From NCBI RefSeq assembly GCF_000284115.1, contig NC_017080.1, positions 600,001 to 632,000 on the forward strand: a stretch of DNA of 32,000 nt, given 5' to 3'. The stretch is from Phycisphaera mikurensis NBRC 102666 (lineage in GTDB: Bacteria > Planctomycetota > Phycisphaerae > Phycisphaerales > Phycisphaeraceae). This document shows, piece after piece, positions 22,718-28,912 of the stretch; the stretch's first letter is position 1, and each line of letters opens with the position of its first letter. The position numbers were made by a program, and so were the translations under genes. Below the pieces are notes generated by a model that saw only the letters and a list, made by a program, of their open reading frames with translations, was not told where the DNA came from and did not search any database.

Positions 22718-24304
22718 TCACCCCGCGTCCCCGGCGAAGCCCTCGATCGCGCCCGCCGGGTGCCCGGCGCCCCCGGATCCGAAGACGGCCTCCGGCGCCT
22801 CCACCCCCGTCCAGGCCTCGAACTGCGCCGCGGCTTGGGCGAGGAACATCGCGGTGCCGCCGGCGGTGACGCAGCCGGCGGCGGCGGCGTCTCGGAGCAG
22901 CCTCGTCTCCGGCGGCGTGTAGACGGTGTCGAAGACGACGGTGCCCGGGCCCCAGGAACCCGGCGGGTCGGGCAGCGGCGACGCGTCCGGGGCGGGGTCC
23001 TCGGCGGTCTCCATGCCGATGGACGTCGCGTTGATCCAGACGTCCGCGGCGCCGGCGGCCGCCTCCGCGAGCGGGGCGGCTTCCACGCCGAAGGCGGCGG
23101 CGAGGCTCCGGGCCCTCTCCACCGAGCGGTTGAAGACGGTGACCCGGCAGCCCGCGTCGGCGAAGCCCGCCACCACCGCACGCGAGACGCCGCCCGCCCC
23201 GAGCACCGCGACGGCCGCGCCGCGGAGGCCGACGCCGCCGAGCGCCCGCCGCACCACGCCCAGTGCCGCGTCGCAGTCGGTGTTCCGGACCGCCAGCGCC
23301 CCGTCCTCGCCCACGATCAGCGTGTTCGCCGCGCCAATCCGCGCGGCCAGCGGGTCGATCGTCGCGCCGCGTTCCTCCGCGAACCGCAGGAGGTCCGCCT
23401 TGTGGGGGATCGTCACCGAGGCGCCGCGGAAGCGCAGCGACCCGTGGTCCAGCCACGCCGACAGCGTCGCCTTGAGGTGCTCGTACCCGGCGGGGATCGG
23501 CATCGGCAGGTACACGCCGTCGAAGCCGCTCGCGTCGAAGCCGGCGTTGTGGAGGGCCGGGCTCTTGGAGTGGCCGACCGGGTCGCCGATGACGCCGTAG
23601 ACGCGGGTCGCCGGGCCGATGGCGTCCCAGCGGTAGAGGTCTCTGAGCTCCGCGATCGTCGGCTGCCCGGGCGCCGTCCCGCTCGCGCGATCGGCCGCGG
23701 CGAAGGTGACGAAGCCGCCGAACTTCCTCGCCAGCACCCGGGAGGGGAGCCCCGCGTCGCCCATGCACAGCGCGGCGGTGGGGGCCAGCCGCCGCTCGAT
23801 CAGCTCGAAAGCCTGCAGGTTGTCGCGCAGCGAGCGGGCGGCCCAGGCGGCCTTGAGCACGCGGACGCCGGGCGTGTCCGCCATTGCCAGCACGCGCCGG
23901 TCCAGATCGGCGGGGCGGCCGGCGAAGTCGTGCGTCGAGAGGATCAGCCCGCAGCGCGTGGCGGCGTCCTCCAGGTCGGCCCGCTCCCCCGCCGACAGCG
24001 CCGCCAGGCGGGCGTGCTCGAAGTCGAGATAGGCCGGCGGGCGCGGCTGTTGCGACAGGAACAAGAGCAGCCCGACCCGCAGGCTCTCCAGCCCCGAGAA
24101 GCCGCCGCCCTCGCTCGCGTGCCGGAGCGTCACGATGCACGGCAGCGATGCGTCGGCCACCAGCCGCGCCAGCGCGTCGCGGTCGTCGGTGAAGCGGTCG
24201 CAGCGGAACTCGACGAGGTCGGCTCCCGCCTCGGCCGCGCGGCCGCAGGCCGCGAGCGCGTCGTCGGCGTCATTCACCGTGATCGGGCAGCAGAGCAGCG
24301 TCAT
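22718..24304 (-). CDS. aroDE: Bifunctional 3-dehydroquinate dehydratase (type I) / shikimate 5-dehydrogenase
   Basis: 528 aa. The N-terminal type I DHQase reads GADLVEFRCDRF, PCIVTLRHASEGGGF, YLDFEH, LILSTHDF, VRVLKAAWAA (Schiff-base Lys), ALCMGDAGLPSRVLARKFGGFVTFAA and APGQPT. The C-terminal AroE reads VYGVIGDPVGHSKSPALHNAGF, VTIPHK, ANTLI, NTDCDA and the NAD(P) loop VLGAGGVSRAV. Confidence 0.9.
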   Translation of the reverse strand: MTLLCCPITVNDADDALAACGRAAEAGADLVEFRCDRFTDDRDALARLVADASLPCIVTLRHASEGGGFSGLESLRVGLLLFLSQQPRPPAYLDFEHARLAALSAGERADLEDAATRCGLILSTHDFAGRPADLDRRVLAMADTPGVRVLKAAWAARSLRDNLQAFELIERRLAPTAALCMGDAGLPSRVLARKFGGFVTFAAADRASGTAPGQPTIAELRDLYRWDAIGPATRVYGVIGDPVGHSKSPALHNAGFDASGFDGVYLPMPIPAGYEHLKATLSAWLDHGSLRFRGASVTIPHKADLLRFAEERGATIDPLAARIGAANTLIVGEDGALAVRNTDCDAALGVVRRALGGVGLRGAAVAVLGAGGVSRAVVAGFADAGCRVTVFNRSVERARSLAAAFGVEAAPLAEAAAGAADVWINATSIGMETAEDPAPDASPLPDPPGSWGPGTVVFDTVYTPPETRLLRDAAAAGCVTAGGTAMFLAQAAAQFEAWTGVEAPEAVFGSGGAGHPAGAIEGFAGDAG

Positions 24305-24419
24305 GGTCTCATCCTCGCAGGCCGCCGCGTCCTGCGCGTCCGCGGCGCCCGGCTCGCACGACGACGCGGGGCGCGGGGCGGATCGCGGACGGCGCGGCGC
24401 AGAGGAGCCGTCCGGTGCA

Positions 24420-24929
24420 TCAGCCCGCGGCGGGCAGCCCGCTCACGCGACGCCAAGCCGAGAGCTGCCCGAGGTGGTAGCCCTCGTGGTGGATGAGGAG
24501 GTAGCCGAGCACGTGGCCCACCGTCGGGAATTTTTCTCGCCACCGCTCCACCGGCATCGGCCGCGAGGCCGCGTGCTCGTCCGCGGCGGACAGCAGGTCG
24601 GCGACGCGGGCGTGGCCGGCGTTCCACGCGGCGAGCAGCTCCGCCTTGTCCGGGTACTCCGCCGCTTCCGGCTTCGGCTGGCTGTTCATCCCGTAGCGGT
24701 GGTGCTTCGGGTCCTCGGGGGTCTGCCCATCGAGCAGCCCCGCCGCCACCGGCAGGTAGCAGTTGAGGTGGGCCAGGATCCAGGCGGGGTGGTTGACCGC
24801 GAGGCCGTCGGCGGGCGTGCCCGGCTGAGCGATCATCTGCTCTTCGTGGAGATCCTCCACCAGCTTCGCGCCCTTCTCGGCGTGCACGCGGAGCGGGAAG
24901 AGCAGCGTTTCGACGGGAAGGGAAGCCAT
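24420..24929 (-). CDS. DinB-family (four-helix bundle, putative metal-dependent) protein
   Basis: 169 aa from ATG 24929. DinB_2-like pattern with a His triad (NHPAWILAHL ... GHVLGYLLIHHEGYHLGQLSAWRR). Same strand as aroDE and 115 nt upstream of it. Confidence 0.78.
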   Translation of the reverse strand: MASLPVETLLFPLRVHAEKGAKLVEDLHEEQMIAQPGTPADGLAVNHPAWILAHLNCYLPVAAGLLDGQTPEDPKHHRYGMNSQPKPEAAEYPDKAELLAAWNAGHARVADLLSAADEHAASRPMPVERWREKFPTVGHVLGYLLIHHEGYHLGQLSAWRRVSGLPAAG

Positions 24930-25424
24930 GGCCCGGAGCGTACGCCAACGCGGATGGCCTCCGCGGGGGGCTCGACGCCGCGCGATCGCTCGGCGGGGAG
25001 TCCGATGAGGCCTCACTCGATCCGCGGCGGCGAGCGAGCGGGGCCGCCGCGGCGGGAGCGGGAGCCGGAACCGGGAGAAGCGCAGCGACGAGCCCGCAGA
25101 AAGACAGGCGGGGTGGCTGTGGTTTCTCGGTGGACCACGGCGGGTGCGCCGCCCGCTCCAAGGCGGCGGATCCAGCGACCCCTTCATCGATGACGGGGCC
25201 CGATCGCCCGGCCGCCCGCGCGGCCACCGGAGGATCGGTTCCAATTCAGATCACGCTGCCAAAAAGGGAGCGATTGCGCGTGCGGGCGGCATCGTCCGCC
25301 ACTTGTTTATCGTTGTACATCTGGTACGCTGCCCGGTGTCTGGCGCCCGGCCCCTCTGGCCGCCGCCGCTGTCGCCCCCAGTGGTGGGGCTCTCACCGCC
25401 GTTTCGGCCCACTCGGAGATTCTC

Positions 25425-26084
25425 ATGCTCGTTCGATCCTTCGCCTTCACCGCCGCGGCCGCCCTGCTGGCCGCTCCCGCTTCCGCCGTGGTCGTGGAGT
25501 CCTTCGAGGCCGGCGTGCCCGGCACCGGCCAGTCGAAGGGCTTCCAGTTCGTCGACTCCGGCGCCGGCATCACGGAGGGGACGCAGGCCGTCCGCCGCAC
25601 GATCAGCGGTGGGGCGGGCTTCGAGATCGGCCCGGTCTTCAACATCGACGGTGCGCCTGCGCCCGTCACCGAGATCACCGCGGAGGTGCACACGCTCGAC
25701 GCCCAGCCCAATGGCTTCCTGCAATTCGTGCTCGGCGCCGACTTCGGCGACACCGACTTCGCCTTCAACGCGCAGACCGACTACGTGCAGGTCAACGGGA
25801 GCAAGGAGCCCGGCGGCGTCGGCGGGAACTCCTTCGTGGGTTCGGGCACCGGCCAATTCACCATCACGTACACCGCGGCCCAGAACGCCACCTTCTTCAA
25901 CCGCGTGAACGCGGCGCTGCTCGCCGGCGACGCCTTCGACCTCGCCGTCGTCCTGAACAAGGCCGACGGCGCGACCGGCACCTTCACCGTGGACAACATC
26001 ACGGCGAACATCGTGCCCGAGCCGGCTTCGCTGGCCGTGCTGGGCCTCGGCGGCGTGGCGTTGCTCGGCCGCCGCCGCCGCTGA
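25425..26084 (+). CDS. PEP-CTERM sorting-domain secreted protein
   Basis: 219 aa. GGAGA lies 8-12 nt upstream of ATG 25425. Signal peptide MLVRSFAFTAAAALLAAPASA-VV. C-terminal PEP-CTERM anchor VPEPASLAVLGLGGVALLGRRRR. Confidence 0.85.
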   Translation: MLVRSFAFTAAAALLAAPASAVVVESFEAGVPGTGQSKGFQFVDSGAGITEGTQAVRRTISGGAGFEIGPVFNIDGAPAPVTEITAEVHTLDAQPNGFLQFVLGADFGDTDFAFNAQTDYVQVNGSKEPGGVGGNSFVGSGTGQFTITYTAAQNATFFNRVNAALLAGDAFDLAVVLNKADGATGTFTVDNITANIVPEPASLAVLGLGGVALLGRRRR

Positions 26085-26109
26085 CCCCGGGACACCGGGT
26101 TGCAGGATC

Positions 26110-26127
26110 CGGTCCGCTCGCGGACCG
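26110..26127. terminator. Hairpin CGGTCCGC-TC-GCGGACCG between convergent PEP-CTERM genes
   Basis: 8-bp perfect inverted repeat 26 nt downstream of the 25425-26084 stop, preceded by a second small hairpin CCCGG-GACA-CCGGG (26086-26099). No U-tract, so function as an intrinsic terminator is inferred only from position. Confidence 0.45.
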
Positions 26128-26246
26128 CGTCTTCACACCGGCACGCGGAGCTGGATCGCGCGGCGGTCCAGCGGCCTCGGTGGGGGTGGGGCCGCGGCGT
26201 GGCGGAGCCGGCGGGCGGGTGTGCCGGCGATGCGGTCGCAACCTTC

Positions 26247-26921
26247 TTAGCCGAGCCGCCGCCGCCGCCCGGCCAGCGAAGCGACGCCCGCGAGGACCAG
26301 CGCCGCCGCCGCCGGCTCGGGCAGAACCTGCGCCGTGATCCCGTTGAACAGCACCAGGTTCTCCCGCGGCGTGGATGGATTGGTGAGCACGATCCGCACC
26401 AGCGTCTGGTGGAGGAAGGCCGTCGGCAGCGCGAGGAAGAGCTTGTCGATCCGCGCCGGACCGGGCTCCGCGTAGACCTCCACGCTGTTGGTGCTGCTGG
26501 CCCGCGTCGCCGCGGGGCCGGATCCAGTCCAGTCGCGCACGTTCGTCCCGGTCACCAGGTCGAACGTCGCGTCCGCGCCGCCATCGCCGAGGAAGCGGAC
26601 GCTCCCGCCCGGCCGGTTCGTCCGCCCGAAGCCGACGTTCACCAGCAGGTGGACCCCGTCGACCCCCCTCAGCCCGGGCCGCAGCTCCGCCGCCGGGCTC
26701 CCGCCCACCCAGATGTTGTTCCCCGCCCGTACCGGCAGCGTGAACGGCACGCCTCCGAGCACCACCGCACCCTCGGGCTCGCCGGCCAGGGGGCTGTTTC
26801 CGTTCGCGATCGCGTCGATCGGGATCGGCACGAACAGCGGCACCGCCCCCGCCGCCCCCGCGAGCAGGCACGCGGCGAGGCCGCTGAGGATCAGGCTCAA
26901 AGGGCGGCGCTGCGTCGTCAT
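26247..26921 (-). CDS. PEP-CTERM sorting-domain secreted protein
   Basis: 224 aa. GGAGGAG lies ~10 nt upstream of ATG 26921. Signal peptide MTTQRRPLSLILSGLAACLLAGAAGA-VP. C-terminal anchor LPEPAAAALVLAGVASLAGRRRRLG. Confidence 0.85.
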   Translation of the reverse strand: MTTQRRPLSLILSGLAACLLAGAAGAVPLFVPIPIDAIANGNSPLAGEPEGAVVLGGVPFTLPVRAGNNIWVGGSPAAELRPGLRGVDGVHLLVNVGFGRTNRPGGSVRFLGDGGADATFDLVTGTNVRDWTGSGPAATRASSTNSVEVYAEPGPARIDKLFLALPTAFLHQTLVRIVLTNPSTPRENLVLFNGITAQVLPEPAAAALVLAGVASLAGRRRRLG

Positions 26922-27131
26922 GCTCTCGAAGCTCCTCCGGGTCCACCGCGGCGTGCCTCACGCATCGGCCAGCCGCCGGCCCCAGCGGGAAAACCCCCGA
27001 CGGCGGGCAAACCTACCCGATGCGCCCGATCCCGCCGAACCCCGAGGCCGTCGGAGGCTCGAACCGGTTGGTCGCCGCGTTCGCGGAGACGCGGCCCGCA
27101 GAGGCCCGGCTCAAACCGACGCCGAACCTGC

Positions 27132-27665
27132 CGCGATCCAGCTCCTTCGCGCACAAGCAGACAGAGCGGCGTCGCCGCTCAGCTCTCCCCGCCATGCTGG
27201 CCGCGATAGCTGCGTGGCGACGCCACGCTGTCCGCGTCGCGATGCAGCTCCTTCGCGCACAAGCAGACAGAGCGGCGTCGCCGCTCAGCTCTCGGAGCCA
27301 GCTTGGCCGCGCTAGCTGCGTGGCGACGCCACGCTGTCCGAGCCGCGATCCAGCATCTTCGCGCACAAGCAGACCGAGCGGCGTCGCCGCTCAGCTCTCG
27401 CAGCCAGCCCTTGGCCGCGCTAGCTGCGTGGCGACGCCACGCTGTCCGGGTCGCGATGCAGCTCCTTCGCGCACAAGGCAGACAGAGCGGCGTCGCCGCT
27501 CAGCTTTCGCAGCCAGCTTGGCCGAGTTAGCTGCGTGGCGACGCCACGCTGTCCGAGCCGCGATCCAGCTCCTTCGCGCACAAGCAGACAGAGCGGCGTC
27601 GCCGCTCAACTCTCCCTGCCAGCCTGGCCGCGTGAGCTGCGCGGCGACGCCACGCTTTTCCGATC
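27132..27665. repeat. Tandem array of five ~107-bp units, each containing nested perfect palindromes (BIME-like / structured repeat array)
   Basis: Units start at 27132, 27238, 27344, 27452 and 27559 (106, 106, 108 and 107 nt; the last is degenerate at its 3' end). Every unit carries GAGCGGCG-T-CGCCGCTC and GCGTGGCG-A-CGCCACGC, separated by a variable, also palindromic, segment. The units are joined by the linker CGCGAT(C/G)CAGCTCCTTCGCGCACAAGCA. Confidence 0.92.
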
Positions 27666-27823
27666 CAAAATGTTGTGAGGAATCTTTGCTTTCCCCCTCC
27701 CGCCCCCCAGTCCTCCACCGCCAGCCCGAGGACGAGGTCGATGTGCCCGCGGTTGTGGGAGGCCCCGGCGGGAAAATTCTCCCGGGGCCGCGCCCGCGGC
27801 GTTGGAGCGGCCTTCAGTGCGGC

Positions 27824-28078
27824 ATGAGCACGACCCCCACCGCCTCCCGCGAACGCCCCTCCTTCAGCATCCCCAGCATCGTCGCGATCGTCGCGACGCT
27901 GCTGATCTTCTTCACCGAGGGCTACGACGTGCTGCTGGCGATCGTTGCCATCGTCGCCGGCGTCATCGGCGGCTTGCTGGCCCTTGCGCCGGGCATCCGC
28001 GGCGGGATCACGAGCATCCTCAGCGTGATCCTGGCGCTCCTCGCGATCGTCGTCTCGCTCTTCCAGGTCGTCCTCTGA
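27824..28078 (+). CDS. Small integral membrane protein (hypothetical)
   Basis: 84 aa from ATG 27824. Three hydrophobic segments (IPSIVAIVATLLIFF; VLLAIVAIVAGVIGGLLALA; ITSILSVILALLAIVVSLF). The start is uncertain because the frame is open back to 27020 through the repeat array. Confidence 0.55.
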   Translation: MSTTPTASRERPSFSIPSIVAIVATLLIFFTEGYDVLLAIVAIVAGVIGGLLALAPGIRGGITSILSVILALLAIVVSLFQVVL

Positions 28079-28127
28079 GCGTGCGCGGGGGGGGAGCTCG
28101 CCGGCCCGCGGACCGTCGGCCTTCTTC

Positions 28128-28152
28128 GCCGCGGACCGCCACGGTCCGCGGC
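28128..28152. terminator. Perfect hairpin GCCGCGGACCG-CCA-CGGTCCGCGGC between convergent genes
   Basis: 11-bp stem and 3-nt loop, 50 nt after the stop at 28078 and 57 nt before the convergent stop at 28209. A further direct copy of CCGCGGACCGTCG lies at 28106-28118. No U-tract. Confidence 0.55.
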
Positions 28153-28208
28153 GTCTCCGCGGAGGCTCGCCCGCCCGCCCGCCGGCCGCGCCCGATCCTC
28201 CGCCGGCA

Positions 28209-28865
28209 TCAGCGCGTGGCCGGCAGCTCGCCGGCGACGCCGGCGAGGACGTCGCGCCAGGTGATCGCTTCCACCTGTTTCTCCGCCTCGACGAGCGGGT
28301 CGAAGTCCTTCACCTCGGGGGCGGAGACCAGGTCGGCGGGCTCGTCGTCGGCGGCTTTCTTCAGCCCGACGCTGCCGTCGCCGCTGACGCTGACGACCCA
28401 GCGGCCGTCGGCGAGGCTGCGGTAGGCGACCTTGCCGTGGTCGGCCTGCTCGGCGTCCCAGTCGATCTCGGCGAGGGCGGGGTCGATGACGATGCCCTCC
28501 CGCGGGGCGGTGCGGTCGTCGAAGACGCGGCGGATCCACAGCTTGCCGTCGAGCACGACGTAGTCGAGGAAGATCTCCGAGTCGGCCGAGTAGGGCGTCT
28601 GGATGCGGCGGAGCGGGCCGCTGGGCGAGCGGACCTGCACGGCGACGGCGCCGCCCTCGACCAAGAGCTCGGTGACGGCCGCCCGGGTGACGGCGAGGTT
28701 GTAGTCCGCGGCGAGCTGGTTGTACTCGGCGGTGACGGCGACGAGGCGCTCGCGGTAGATGCCCGAGGCGATGCGGTCGCGCAGCAGCAGGTAGCCCAGG
28801 CCGGCGGCGCCGGCGAGGCAGGCGGCGGAGACGAGCACGAGGAGGGCGGTGAGAGCGCGACGCAT
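28209..28865 (-). CDS. Hypothetical N-terminally anchored periplasmic protein (downstream partner of the OstA-like giant)
   Basis: 218 aa. N-terminal TM/signal-anchor MRRALTALLVLVSAACLAGAAGLGYLLL. Beta-rich body (VAVQVRSPSG, IFLDYVVLDGKLWIRRVF, GRWVVSVSGDGSV). It starts 47 nt after the stop of the upstream gene on the same strand. Confidence 0.6.
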   Translation of the reverse strand: MRRALTALLVLVSAACLAGAAGLGYLLLRDRIASGIYRERLVAVTAEYNQLAADYNLAVTRAAVTELLVEGGAVAVQVRSPSGPLRRIQTPYSADSEIFLDYVVLDGKLWIRRVFDDRTAPREGIVIDPALAEIDWDAEQADHGKVAYRSLADGRWVVSVSGDGSVGLKKAADDEPADLVSAPEVKDFDPLVEAEKQVEAITWRDVLAGVAGELPATR

Positions 28866-28912
28866 GCGGTGCCCTCATCGGCCCAGCCGGCCCCCGTCCG
28901 GCAACCGCCGCG

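Noticed and set aside
27053-27067. tRNA-like T-arm (minus strand GGTTCGAGCC) just upstream of the array, as a possible tRNA gene or tRNA-fragment attachment site
   Set aside because: The flanking bases do not form the 5-bp T-stem (only G53-C61 would pair). No acceptor or anticodon arms can be drawn around it.
27132-27665. CRISPR array interpretation of the regularly spaced palindromes
   Set aside because: The sequences between the palindromes are themselves conserved from unit to unit (no unique spacers). There are two different palindromes per period, and no cas genes are in the window.
27020-28078. 352-aa ORF running through the whole tandem array into the small membrane protein
   Set aside because: Repeat units are 106, 106, 108 and 107 nt, so the same DNA repeat is read in a different frame in each unit (e.g. 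QTERRRRSA in one unit, ADRAASPLS in the next). That is incompatible with selection on a protein repeat. Only the last 84 codons look like a real (membrane) protein.
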